Part shown: in pieces, positions 28,402 to 41,229 of the stretch | Layout of the letters: the number at the start of each line of letters is the position of its first letter | Numbering within the stretch: the stretch's first letter is position 1 | Source: the human T2T-CHM13v2.0 reference genome, Homo sapiens | Strand: one strand, 5' to 3' | DNA length: 64,000 nucleotides | NCBI RefSeq assembly: GCF_009914755.1 | Contig: NC_060928.1 | The notes under the pieces: model-generated | The model's database searches: none | What the model was told of the DNA's origin: nothing | Seen by the model: the letters and a program-made list of their open reading frames with translations, nothing else | Program-made: the position numbers and the translations under genes

Positions 28402-29219
28402 GTGGATGTGTGGTGGTATTGTGGTGGACCTTTACTGGACACTCTGCCGAATAACTGGAGTGGCACTTGTGCTTTAGTCCAATTGGCTATCCCTTTCACC
28501 CTGGCATTTCATCAACCAGAGGGAGGAAAAATAAACATCATAAAGCGAGAGAAGCCCCTTATGGGTCTTTCAACTCCCATGTCTATTTAGACGCAATTGG
28601 AGTCCCATGGGGAATACCAGATCAATTTAAAGCCCGAAATCAAATAGCTGCAGGATTTGAGTCAATATTTTGGTGGGTGACAGTTAGTAAAAATGTAGAT
28701 TGGATAAACTACATCTATTACAACCAACAGCGATTTATTAACTACACTAGAGATGCCGTTAAAGGAATAGCTGAACAATTAGGGGCTACTAGCCAGATGG
28801 CTTGGGAAAATAGGATAGCCTTAGACATGATATTAGCAGAAAGAGGAGGAGTTTGCATCATGATTAAAACTCAATGTTGCACCTTCATCCCAAACAACAC
28901 TGCCTCTAATGGAAGTATAACAAAGGCATTGCAAGGTCTGACTGCTCTATCCAATGAGTTAGCCAGCAACTCAAGGGTAAATGACCCCTTTACAGGATGG
29001 CTAGAAAAGTGGTTAGGTAAATGGAAAGGAATAATAGCCTCAATTCTTATTTCCCTCGCAGCCGTTATAGGTGTACTTATTCTTGTCGGGTGCTGTGTCA
29101 TACCATGTATCCGTAAGTTGGTGCAGAGGCTCATAAAAATGGCACTTACTAAAACCTTCCTTAACTGTCCTCCACCTTATCCAGAGAAGCTTCTTCTTTT
29201 AGAAAATCAAGCAAAATAA
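28402..29219 (+). pseudogene. env: ERV envelope: end of SU (frameshifted near 28530) and open TM subunit
   Basis: WWYCG..LPNNWSGTCALVQL (SU); degenerate furin site HHKAR/EAP; immunosuppressive domain WENRIALDMILAERGGVC; CX6CC (CIMIKTQCC); hydrophobic anchor IIASILISLAAVIGVLILVGCCVIPCI. Confidence 0.92.
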
Positions 29220-29277
29220 CTAAGCTATGTTTAAAAAGTTTGAAAAGAAAGCTGTAAGGAAATACAAGAGGAGGGGT

Positions 29278-29733
29278 TGTTAGATATGAATTCTAAATTT
29301 CTTTTCAAAGAATTAATATGTCATTATGTTCAATTCTTTGCCTTCTACTTTTAAACTTAACTTCCTCGTAAAGCAATCTTTTTTGATTACCTACTCCACC
29401 CTGACTCATTCTGATTACCTGCTCCACCCTGACTCATTCCAATCACCTGCTCCACCCTAACTCATTCCGATTACCTGCTACCTGCTCTGCCCTGACTCCC
29501 GCCAAAGCACTCACCCCGTCATTCTCTTTAAATTAGCCAATCGGAATTAGTTTAGCCTGTGCAGTCTAACCCTAGCCAATAGGGAAACAACACAGCAGCA
29601 GGAGCCACATGCGTCAGGGATAAGAACCCCTTCCCCTCCCTTGTCCAAGTGTGCGCTCACCATTGTTCCATCTGTAAGGGTGCACCCTTCTACATAGAAG
29701 TAACTTGCCTTGCTGAAAATTAAAAAGAAAATT
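29278..29733 (+). mobile_element. LTR10F-like 3' LTR lacking U5
   Basis: tgttagatatgaattctaaatttcttttcaaagaa start; CCAAT boxes; stops just after ATTAAA. Confidence 0.85.
29385..29500 (+). promoter_or_regulatory. 28-bp tandem repeat with AP-1 motifs in LTR10
   Basis: Units start at 29385, 29413, 29441 and 29469. TGACTCA at 29402-29408 and 29430-29436; variant TAACTCA at 29458-29464. Confidence 0.7.
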
Positions 29734-29869
29734 AAAAAAAAAAGAAGAAGAAAATGAACACTGTCTCACCAGGTGTCCTGGAATTATTTATTTGAAAACA
29801 GCTTTGGAAAGAATTTGGCCAGAAGGAGCTTCCCTTTTCAGTACTTTCATTTCTTAGACTCCCCATGAC

Positions 29870-30590
29870 TACCTTCCTTACAAACTTCAACCTAAACCCC
29901 ATTCAATTAGCCAGTCCTAGGGATTTAAATTTTTTCTTTAACCTCTTCTTTCCTCTCCACTGCCTTATTTTTGTCCCTTGTTGTCTTCTACTTTGACTTT
30001 TGTAGTAACTCTCTAATTGAAATCTGTTACCTGATCTTGTCCCCTCAAATTCATCTTCCATGCAGTTACCAGTGACTCAGCCAATGAACGTCTCATTATG
30101 CTGTTTTCTTTCTTAAACACATCTTATTATTCCATATTGCCAAAAGAAGAAAGTACAAGTTTTCAAACATCTTGTACTAAGCCCTGAATTACCTAGTTCC
30201 TACCTCTTCAATCCTATCTCTCACTTTCCCTACTTTGAAAATTTTTCCCTAAACTGCTTATAATCGCCTTGCACTTTATTAATTCTATTATCTTTGATGA
30301 CAATGACTTGTTCATATTTCTTTGCCTGAAAAACTCCTAAATAATCCTATGGATACCTCTCCAGAGTTACATCTGCCAGGAAGCCCTTCTAGACCACTCA
30401 GGGCATAATAGTGTTCTTTTCCCTGTGTTGTATTTTGGCCTTACCCTTATCATATCAAACATATCATATTACATTATATTATATCACATCTTGTTTTTAG
30501 TTTATCTGTTTGAGGTCTAGACTGTGAAATACTTGAACGCTACTATAAAATCACATCTTATTGATATGAGGATTCTCAACATCCTTTATA
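29870..30590 (+). mobile_element. L2 remnant
   Basis: ctctccactgcc..ctctctaattg..caggaagcccttctagacc..ctagactgtga motifs. Confidence 0.6.
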
Positions 30591-30595
30591 ATACA

Positions 30596-30938
30596 TGTCT
30601 TAGTACATTTATCCTGCTATAACAGAGTAACACAGACTTGATAATTTATAAAGAACAGAAATTTGTTTCCCACAGTTCTGAGGTCTGGGAAGTCCAAGAT
30701 CAAGATGTCAGCATTTGGTGTGGGCCTTCTTGCTTCATCCTTACATGGTAAAAGACAGAAGGGCAAGATAGGGTGAACCTGCTATTGCAAGCCCTTGTTA
30801 GAGTAGCATTAATCCATTCATGAGGGTAGGGCCCTCATGACCTAAACACCTCCCAAAAGACCTAACCTCTTTACACTGTTGTATTGAGGGTTAAGTTTCT
30901 AACATATGAATTTTGGGGAACACATTTAGACCACAGCA
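30596..30938 (-). mobile_element. MaLR LTR (MST-like)
   Basis: tgtcttagtacattt..ctgggaagtccaagatcaag..ttttggggaacacatttagaccacagca. Confidence 0.85.
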
Positions 30939-30984
30939 GTAGGTACCCAATAAATATTTGTTTGATACAGATACAAATGCTGAC

Positions 30985-31220
30985 TATTATAGTAATGTAT
31001 ATCATCTTTCTATGTGCCAGGCAATATACTAAGTGCTTTGCATACATTTTCTCATTTAATTCTCCTAACAAATCTAGGAGATGAGCACTATTTTATTTTC
31101 ATTTAGGAAATGAGAAACTGAGGCTCAGAGAAAATATGTAACTTGCTTTAGGTTACAGCAAGTGGTGGAGTCAGGGTTATATTGCAAGTCTGACCAGCTC
31201 TTTTAAGTGCTCTGCTAAAC
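30985..31220 (-). mobile_element. MIR
   Basis: atgtgccaggca..ctcatttaattctcctaacaa..gagaaactgaggctcagaga. Confidence 0.8.
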
Positions 31221-32034
31221 ACAACTAGAAATTTGGGATACATCAGGCAACATAGCATAAAGATCTCTGATCTTGAGGAGCTTATATTCTAGTGGAGTGA
31301 CAGAAAATAAAAAGCAAACATAGTAACTAAGATAATTGTATAGAAGACTGGAAGGTGATATTGGGGATATCTCAACTCTGGGTCATTGCTTTGCTACTCT
31401 AATGACCAGTCTTGGCTTTGTGAATCCAGGGCTGGCCAGAGCCTCTGGATCCCTCTGTATGTGCCAAATAGAATATTTTGGTGAAATGACATGATTAAAT
31501 GAGTTAATAAAGGTGAAAATATGTTGTAAACCTGTTTCATACCTGATTATTGCAGAACATCACTGTTTTCTAAAGTGTTAGCTGGCAAGCCTTAGAGGAG
31601 GCAACCCAGGACTCATAGATACTAAGCAATACCCCAGCCTTTCTGCCTAAATCAAATCCCTGGTGCTACTGGGGAAATGGGAGAGGATGGGGGTGCACTT
31701 GAAGAACAGAGCAGAAATAAAAGATCTGTTCAGGGAGATGTGTCTATTTCCCCTCAGATAACCAGTATGGGCAACATTCATGGATGTTTTGCCACTTTCC
31801 TCTTTGGGTGCACAAAGAAAAGTTCTGAAGATATAATAATGCTGCTCCACAAGGAGGCCACAACGGAGTCATTTTTTAAAGGACCTATAATATTTACATA
31901 AAATATACAAATTAAAATGCGAGCAAGTAATGTTAAGTGCTGAATGTCAGGTACAAATTAATAACTTCCATAAAAGTTTCCAGAAGACAATGATGATTGA
32001 AATCAGGCAGATTGTGAAGGCTTTAAAGAGGCAG

Positions 32035-32458
32035 TAAGGTTGTGCCTCTTTTTGAGGCACAGTTCTTCCTCCAGATACAATGTTGGTAAGACCAGGAATC
32101 ACTGTGCCCTCCCGTAACTAAAGAGTGGGCATGCAGCCCGGTCCAGGTTAATTAAATGTTATTTTCCTGGGATTTGGCTCTTGAGACAAAGAGTGATGCA
32201 AGGCAGAAAAGTTGTTTATACTCACTTTTTCTGGTATTAGGACCCTGAGAATACTATCTTTTAGTTCCTATAACTTAGGTTCTACTTTGGTTGTTATCCT
32301 TTCTGAGTCTGTCGTGGTTTTTTGTTTGTTTTGTTTTGTCGTTTCTTCTTGCTCTAGCTTTTCCTTGAATTCTGATACATTTTGATACTTTTTTTTTCCT
32401 ATTAAGTTTTTGAGAGTCAGTTTCTGTTTCTTGTGCCTGGAGAATCCTGACTGATATA
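32035..32458 (+). mobile_element. Old ERVL/MaLR LTR remnant
   Basis: Ends gagtcagtttctgtttcttg..agaatcctgactgatata. Confidence 0.5.
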
Positions 32459-32819
32459 GGGGCTTCAGGAAACTCTGTGGAGTTTGAGGACAAAGGCGGT
32501 ATCTTTCATTTTTGTGTATATCCAGCAACAATGCCTGGCTCTAACACATGATTTTAATTAATATTAACAGAAATAAAATGTGTGTGCATGAACTGGACTG
32601 AGTGGAAGTGTTCATATGATGGAATGAAGAAAAGTAATATAAAGAAAGTTATAGGGACTACATTGAGGAAAGCCTTGAAAGACAGATTGAAGCCTCAATT
32701 TTGGGGGCATTGGGAAGTCTTGGAAGTTTCTGCACACAAGGTTGCAGGGTGTGGTGAGTGAGGGAGTGATATAAGAATAGTGTTTCAGGAAGGTTAACTG
32801 AACAGGCAAAGAAACAACT

Positions 32820-33040
32820 AACACTTATCAATGCTTTCCAGGCTCCAGTGCAAATGTTTCCTAGCAATTAACTCACCAATTCCTCACAGCTGTCTACAGC
32901 TGGGTACCATCATTATCCTATCCCCAGTTTACAGATGAGGAAGCAGAGGCACAGACTTGCCAAACAATTTACCAGTCAAACAGCAAATGGCAAACATGGG
33001 CAGTCTGAAAAGCATTTAACTATTACATTCTACTGCCTCC
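32820..33040 (-). mobile_element. MIR
   Basis: aatcctcacagc..ccccagtttacagatgaggaagcagaggcacaga. Confidence 0.75.
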
Positions 33041-33239
33041 CTCTATAGTATGGCTATGCAGATGGAGGAAAAAAAAAAAAACATTCTCAAGGAGACAGTA
33101 AAGAATCCAACTGTAGAAATGATGTGGCATAGATAATAAATACATATCATAAAGTAAGAGTTGTCAGGACTTGGCATCACTAGATGTGGGCTGATATTGG
33201 ATAAAATCAAGGCCCATTAATTACTTAGCTAGTAATTTA

Positions 33240-35340
33240 TCCATTAATTTTATCAACATTTATTGAGTACCCACCAAATATCATGCACTGTTATATCTAC
33301 TAGTGATACCACAGTGCACAAAGCAGACAAGTTCTTTGTTGTCGAGTCCATATTCTACTACAAGATAAGTGATTAATAAATAAAAAATATCAGGTAACAA
33401 TAAGTGCTATGATGAAAATAAAAGAAGGCAATAGAGACTGATTAGGATCTGATTACATAGACAGTACTCAAGGAAGGCCTCTCTAAGGAATTAGCATGTA
33501 CACAATGACAAATTACATCCCTATTATCTGCCACAGAGCCTATCAGGCTGTCCAAGGGAGAGAATACAGTCATGGGTTCTTAGTTTCTGTTTCTGATTAA
33601 GCCAGTAAAGCTCCTTCCTCAGAGAGACAGAAACTAAACACCATGGCTGCAGGCTTCTAAAAGCCTAAAACAAAACAAAATAGAACAACAACAACAAAAT
33701 AAGGCAGGTTGGACAAGCTCTAGACCCTTTAAAAAATATTTGCTGAATGAGTGAATGAAGTGATTTGAGGAACTTGAAAAGCAAGAAATTACATTTTTCC
33801 AGGATGGGTGGGACTGTCATGAAAGAAACAAAACTTCTTTCAATGACCTGAATGATGGGAATTAACCAACCTTCTAAAGATCTAGGGACAAAGTGTCCTG
33901 GCAGGGGGACCAGCAAACACAAAGCCCCAAGAAAAGAACGAATGGCATGCTTGGCATGCTTGAAGAACACAAGTAAGGCAAATGTGTCTGGGATGTAGTG
34001 GGAAAAGAGTATAAAGAGGTGAAGGCAGAGAAGTAAACACAGCCCACATTATACAAGGTGCTGGATGACAGGCTTAGGGGTTTTAATTTGGAAGGTTTAA
34101 ATAGAACAGTTACATAATATAAATTCTGTTTTTTAAAAAAGTCACTCTGGCCAACCTGTGAAAAAGGAATTATAGCATGATAGGAGTAGAAGCCAAGCAC
34201 TATATTAGGAGACAATAGAAGAAGTCCAGTTTGTAGCTATTGAGATGGAGTTCATGGAAATATTTCAGAGGTGGAATTGACAAGAATGGCTGATGGGTTA
34301 GACAGCAAAGAGAGGGAAGGAAAGGTTTTCTAAATGTTTCCTAGATCAACTAGATAGATTGTGATATATTGAAAAATTTCCTAGAGCAAACAGATAGATT
34401 GTGGTGTATTGATGATTGTTTAAAAAAACAAGGAGGAAGATAAGTTTTGCAAATCTCAGAAGTTTTGTTTGAGGCATGTTAATGAGTTGCATATTAGAAA
34501 TTCCAGTGGAAATGTCAAGAGGTCAATTGGATCTAAAAGCCTATTTCAGGTGAGGTTCAAGGCTAGAGAAAGAAATTTCAGATCACTGGAAATACGGAAT
34601 TATTTAACTCCATGGAACTGGATGAAATTGCCTAGTAAGAGAGTGTAGACTAAAGAAGAAAAAGATCCCCAGCTACAAACTCTGAGGCTTTCCGGTATTT
34701 CAAATGTAGCAGAGAATAAGGAACCAGCAGAGGAATGGCCAGTAAGGATGGAGGAAGTAGAGTGAAGTATCTGAGAGCCAAACTCAGAGAGGCTTTTGAG
34801 GACAGAAGGGTTCACCATGGCCAACGCTGCTGAGAAGTCTCTAAATATAAGAGCAAAAGTGTTACTGTTGGATGTGGAAACATGCAAATCATTGGTGATC
34901 TCAATGTGCAATCTCAGTGGAAGGTGAGGCAGAAAGCCTACAGGAATTAGTTGAGGAGAAAATAGAAGGTAATGCAATAGAGAAGAGACTATAGACAACC
35001 TTGTCAAGAATGTTCACTGTGAAGGGTGTAGTATAAAGGGATAGTAGTGAATAAAATGTCAAGAAGTTTTTTTTTAATGAACAAACCTAAAGGTTTTTTT
35101 AATGCTAATGAAAATGATCAAATGGAGGAAGAAAAGTTAATAATGTCATAATTACGGAAGGTAACTTTTTTTTAGAAGGCTGGAAAGTGGTGGAGTGTAC
35201 AGGGGAGACCTGGGCTTTGATAAGAGGACCACATCTTCTATTCTAACAGCAAGAAAGGCAGAGATTACAGGTAGTGATGCAGGTAGATTGGTATATTTTG
35301 TGTTGGTAAGATGAGGGAATTTCTGTTTGATTGCTTCTAT
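33240..35340 (-). mobile_element. L2 LINE (interrupted)
   Basis: caacatttattgagtacc tail; aagtcactctggc; tgctgagaagtc..aagagc..tcattggtgatc. Confidence 0.8.
33544..33720. mobile_element. MER30B-like hAT MITE
   Basis: Terminal inverted repeats caggctgtccaa...ttggacaagct; internal gggagagaatacagtcatgggttcttag. Confidence 0.7.
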
Positions 35341-36382
35341 TTTAATCAGAAAAGCAAAGGCAGAATTTCAAGTCTGGGTAACGAAGAAAATAATGGAACA
35401 AATTACGCACACCAACACAAAATCTCTAAGGGTATGTGCTAACTTCAAACATATAGAGAAGCAGAGGGCTTAGAAGAGCTGTATAGTCACTGTATGTCTG
35501 TGATAAAATGTGGTCTCAAAATCTATGCATATCATTCAAGTGGTAGAAGTTGGGGAAGGAGAGATATAATTTTGCAAAATTCCAAAAGTTTTAAAAAATA
35601 TCTGTACTAGAAAATTGGTTATAGTGGTATGCTTTAATTCTTTGTGGAACCACAGAACATATAAATAAATAAATATATTTAATCCTGTTATGTTAATTGG
35701 AATTATATTTTTTCCTTACCTATCCATCCCTATTACCTGCCACAGAGCTTAGGGCTTTTAACAAATATTTGTTGAATGAATGAATGAATGAAGTGATTGA
35801 GGAACTTGGAAAACAAGAAATTACATCTTTTCAGGGTAGATGGGGCAGTACATGAAAGAAACAAAACTTTATAAATGCAATGCTTTGTCTCTAAACCCAA
35901 AAACAAAAGTCCATTTGGGAGGCAACAGCCCTAAGGCAGCAAACTCTTGAGAAATTTAGCTCAACTTTTATCCAACTCTGTAAATTACTAATCATATTAA
36001 TTTGAAAGGCTCTACAGAGGTTGTGACCCTAAGTAACAATCCCATGTCCCTCTCAGGGCTATAGTGTCCCACCAAAGTCAATGCTTAACCATGGCTCTGG
36101 AGTAATGGAAGGCAATATGAATCAGTATAAAGGAGTCTCATCAACAAAATGCTTTTCTATTTACTTCTTAAATCGAATCTTGACTGTCATAGGGTATCTT
36201 CCTCTGAGGTAGAGCATAAATTTTGATATCCATGTCTATCAATCAAGTTTGATTCAAGAGTATCAGGTTGATTATTTTTAAAAAATCTACCATTAGTCAT
36301 CATAGGTAACAGCCTCTAGCATAACAGATTCTAGTTATTGTTGTTTCTTGAAGAATGATTGATGTCTTAAAGAATGATTGAG

Positions 36383-36699
<317 letters not shown>

Positions 36700-39453
36700 G
36701 AATGATTGAGGTCTTTAAGAATGTGCATACTCAGTATTAAAGTATTGGTTAGGAGGTAGGTGACTAATTTAGCACATTTTTTGAAAGAGTGTTGGTAGAT
36801 TCTTTAGTGGGGTGCATTTAAAATCAATCAGATATTACACTGTAGCTTTTGCAGCATTGGACAGAACCAGTAGATGGTGGTCTTAAGTTGCAAGTTGCTT
36901 TTACGCTAACACCTGTCAGCATGTGAAACAACTACTGCTTTCAACAAAATGTTGAAATTCACCTTTCTATTTATCAGATGCCATAAATTGGATGAAGGTG
37001 GCACATGAGAGCATTTTGAAGTGACATGTTAACTGTTGTTTATTTTTCAAAAGCACTGATCTGAAAGAACACACAGACTATTCATCACAGCACTTTAAAA
37101 CTATGCAGTGTTTTTATCAGAAACAGATATAAATGGCTTTGCCTATTGTTTATCTTTTCTTCAAAAATTAAAAAATTAATTTCTGATTTAGAATGCTGTC
37201 TGTTGGAAGTCTGAAAAACCAAGAGCAACTCTAAGCTGCAATACCTAAATAAGATATTCACTTAACTTTCACTATTGTTAAATGCACTTCTGAAATTCAA
37301 TTGCAAGAGTATTACAATACCTTGTAATTATGCAGACTGACTAGAGTTAAAGACTTTGGAAATTAATTTTGAGTTGAAATATTAAATGAAGTAGAATGTT
37401 TTATCATAATGGCATAATTTAAAACTAACTAAAAATAGCATTAATAATAATCATGATCACTCTCCTTTCATTAAAAGAAGAGATTTAGTACTAAATTATT
37501 AAATGATCAAATTTACGGTGCCCAAGTTAGTAAAGATTTTCTAGTAGTGTAAATCATGCTACATGATTTCTGTCTCATGACTATAGCAAATTAGTCACTA
37601 TAGTAAATTTTAGAGGCTGTTAATAATACAAACACTTCAATGTTGGAAGCTTTGGTAGAATGATACTGCATGCATCCTTAGGCATTCAAATATTCCATTT
37701 TTTTCTCCCAACAGTGTATTATATAACTGCCATAGGTAGTATCAAGGATGGGCAATTACACCTTGAACAAAAGGAAAGGATAAGCACTTTATTTTTATAA
37801 GCCAGTGATTTATGAGAAGTGATTTCTGCTTCCAGACATTAACCTTTGTCCTCTTTCTATTCAACAGTCTTCTGATTTTACTCTGAAATTTTACTGTCTG
37901 TATTCTAAGCAGAACATATGTTGCTCATTTTCTTTAATAATCCTCAGATCAACTAAATTTAAGAGAATTCTACGAACCCACAATGGCTGAAATGATTACT
38001 TTTAAATTTACTTAAAATCATCCTAATATACACACTTGATTTCTTAATAAATGAATAAACTGTACCAGTATACAAATTGTGACACAGTAAGCAGTCTAAA
38101 ATAGAAAGCAAATATACACCAACCTCTTAATAATAAACGCTTGAGCAATGAGGATGAGGTGGGCAAATAAGGTGAAGGGATGTTTGCCTTGTGTATTCTA
38201 CATGTTTCTTAAAGGAAGTGTTTATAGATGTTTCAAAGTATATGTGTGTTATAGATTTGTGTTTAATATATTTGAATGTCTCCTACTTCTTTAGTCATGA
38301 ATGTAATTTTTAATATCTGAATCATATTTCAGAAAGTTATCAGATCTGAGAATCTCTAGTCACATGAGATTACAGTTGATTGAAACACATGTAAAAATGC
38401 TGTGACTCGCTCAAATAACTTTTTACATTTTTATTTCTTTTCGAGTATAATAATCACTGTCAATAAGGGATTTGTACTATAAAGAATATGTATTACGTAT
38501 CTGCTAATACATAATGGAAATTTTTGAAAGTTGTGGGCAAATATTTCACCTCACCAAATTTACCATTATAGAATAACTTCTGAGACTGTTAGAATTATTT
38601 TGGACTGGGTTGTTAATTTAGGGTAAACCAGCCATTTGTTACTTTTCTTTGACATCATAACATTTTGCCCATGAGTTCTTTACCCCCATCACCCCCAAAA
38701 CATTTTGGCACATGGGAATACATGTTGCTACAAAAAAATTCTCATGAAAAATATGGATTAAAGATGGTATGGTACAAAACCAAAGTAGCGCACTCTCCTT
38801 CACAAGGCTGTGAGGTGTCATTAACAAGAGGCTAGTTATTAATAGTCACACATTCTTGGTCATTTATTTAGCATGTTTATAGCACTTTACAAAGTGCTAT
38901 GTTAGTGAATTCAATATAATTGCTATATTTATAACCTCAAACTCACTGTAGTTTGAGATAATTGTGTGTGTGTATTTTTGTAACGTATTAATTCCACAGC
39001 TGGGATATTCAGTGGAGAACCACATATGTCATATTAGGACATTTAATTAGACTCAGGAGTCAAACAGACATCTGAAAACATCTATGGACTCATTAGTATA
39101 GTTCCAGTAGCTCCTTTGGCTTTGACATAACTCAGGAAATAGGAAATCATAACATCATAAATAGTGTTCATCTGAACCTTTCGGGGTAGCCAGAGCAATT
39201 TTAAGCCAATCATTTCTCACTAGGCTAATACTTGTCAAGTCTCTTATTCAGGTAAGTTTTTTTTTTCTTTTTTATTCTTTTGGATATTCAGTGGCCAATG
39301 AGGTGTAATAAGTTTTAGCAAATTGAGGCTGAGGTCTCTTAGGTTAGCTTTATTATTTGCTGTAAATTACATCAGCTTTATAACTGCTTAACACAGCTCT
39401 TGAATCAAGAAATATCACACCTGAATTTTTCTGTTCAGGCTGAATGACTGGCA

Positions 39454-39509
39454 TGTGTGTGTGTCTGTGTGTGAGTGAGAGAAAGAGGGAGAGAGAGAGA
39501 GAGAGAGAG
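39454..39509. repeat. (TG)n-(GA)n microsatellite
   Basis: Direct reading. Confidence 0.9.
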
Positions 39510-40499
39510 CACCCCTGGAATTCAGGATTAAAACTGCTGCTTTCAGATTGTCAAACTGATTTATATTTTAACTGTTGGATAGCTGAAGTGACAACTAAAT
39601 AGGATCTTAACAGACTAGCATTTTCCCACATTTTTTTCTCTTTGCAGATTATAATTTGGTAAATTGTTATATATTTTAATTGCACTCTGTATTCCATCTT
39701 TGGTTGACATTGAGTTGAACTTTGGATTTTGGATTTTATTTTATATGTCAGGCTCAAAACAATGAGGTGTGACTTGAGTGACTTGCTTCTCATAATCTCA
39801 CATCTGTTATTTTAAACACAAGAAAGCCAGGCTCCACTATGAGAAGGCCCCTCACTTGCTAAGTAGCAGGCTTACAGAAGGAGACACTCTCAGCAGAGGG
39901 AACTGGTGCAGAAGATTCTCTTTCTTCTCTTAGTAGCTTTCGATAGGTCAGCAAATCAGAATTGTTTGCTGTTTTCCTTCTTTCCCCACTGACACCTCAT
40001 TACAGAATGGGGTGTTTTTTCCCCCAGTCTGTATTAGCAGAAACAGAAAAGTAATTAATACATAAAGTACCAAATATGAAATATTACTCTGCACAGACGC
40101 ATTTCACACTTCATTGATTTCATGAGTAGGCCAGAGGTGCCAGAACAATAATTAATATGTTGTAAGAAAAAAAACATTATGCAAGGTCAGCAGCATTTGA
40201 AGACTTTACAAGGAAGAGGCATTAAAAGATATGCTGCAACTATTTCTTAAATACAGCTTTAAATTGGGATTTAAATGAATATTTGAAGAAATACACAGAT
40301 TTACTATGAGAACTTGGTAGGAATTTTTCATCTGTTAGTATGCTTGTGTATGCAAACATAGTATGTACCAATATACTGGCATTTTAGAGAAAATATGAAT
40401 AAATACGTGTGGATAAATTTGTGTGTGGATTTATGCTTGGCTTTATAGATATCATTATTTACATTTCTGAATTTTCAATGAAATAGCAAAATTTAAAAC

Positions 40500-41005
40500 T
40501 CAAGTAAATTTATTTTATATTATTTAAAAATTACTAAACAATACATGTTTGTTCAAAAAATCATTTAAATTTCAGAAAATCAAGAACAGAAACCTTAAAG
40601 TCATTCATAATCCTACCATGCTGATATAAGATGTTAATATTTTGGTGTATATCCTCTGAAGACTTTTCCTCTGTGAAAAACAGGATGCTGTAATATTGTC
40701 TTCAGTATACTTTTTCACTTATTAAATGATTATTCTTTATGTCATTCAATATTTTTCTACAATATTTTTGATGGCTACATAACATTCCACTGGTATGATG
40801 TATCATTATATATTTAAACAATCTTCTGTCAAGGGACATACAAATGGTTTTTAATTTTTTAAAAATTGCAGTGAATATCACTAGAGCTATATCTTCATAA
40901 TGCCCTTTGGCACATCCCTAGAAATGAAATTCTGATGGCTTTGACAGACATTGCCAAGTTGTCCTCCAGAAAGGTGTCTCAGTTTATTCCCAACACAATG
41001 TGGAT
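40500..41005 (-). mobile_element. L1ME fragment
   Basis: atggctacataacattccact..ttgcagtgaatatc..ttgccaagttgtcctccagaaagg. Confidence 0.6.
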
Positions 41006-41229
41006 TTCAAATTCCCTCTCAGTTGTGATTATAAAGCTCTTCTTTCTAATCTGCCTTCTACATGACTCTGATATCATGTCATAAGTAATGGATTTTTCAG
41101 GATAAATGGAAGGCAATTGAGAGAAAAATCTCAAAACAATTTCAAAAGCAAAATATTTGCAGTGATTGTCTTAAGGCCAAAGTTAGCAAATTCATTTAAC
41201 ATCATACATTTATCCCAAATTGAAAACTA

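Larger units (their letters stand above)
28171..29749 (+). mobile_element. HERV-I (HERVIP10/LTR10F-like) processed copy: env 3' part + U3-R + poly(A), with 17-bp TSD
   Basis: env homology, polypurine tract aagaggagggg, LTR from 29278, ATTAAA at 29719-29724, then an A-rich tail. TSD gaaaatgaacactgtct at 28154-28170 and 29750-29766. Confidence 0.9.

Noticed and set aside
29385-29500. CRISPR-like short repeats
   Set aside because: Head-to-tail LTR tandem repeat with no unique spacers, in human DNA.
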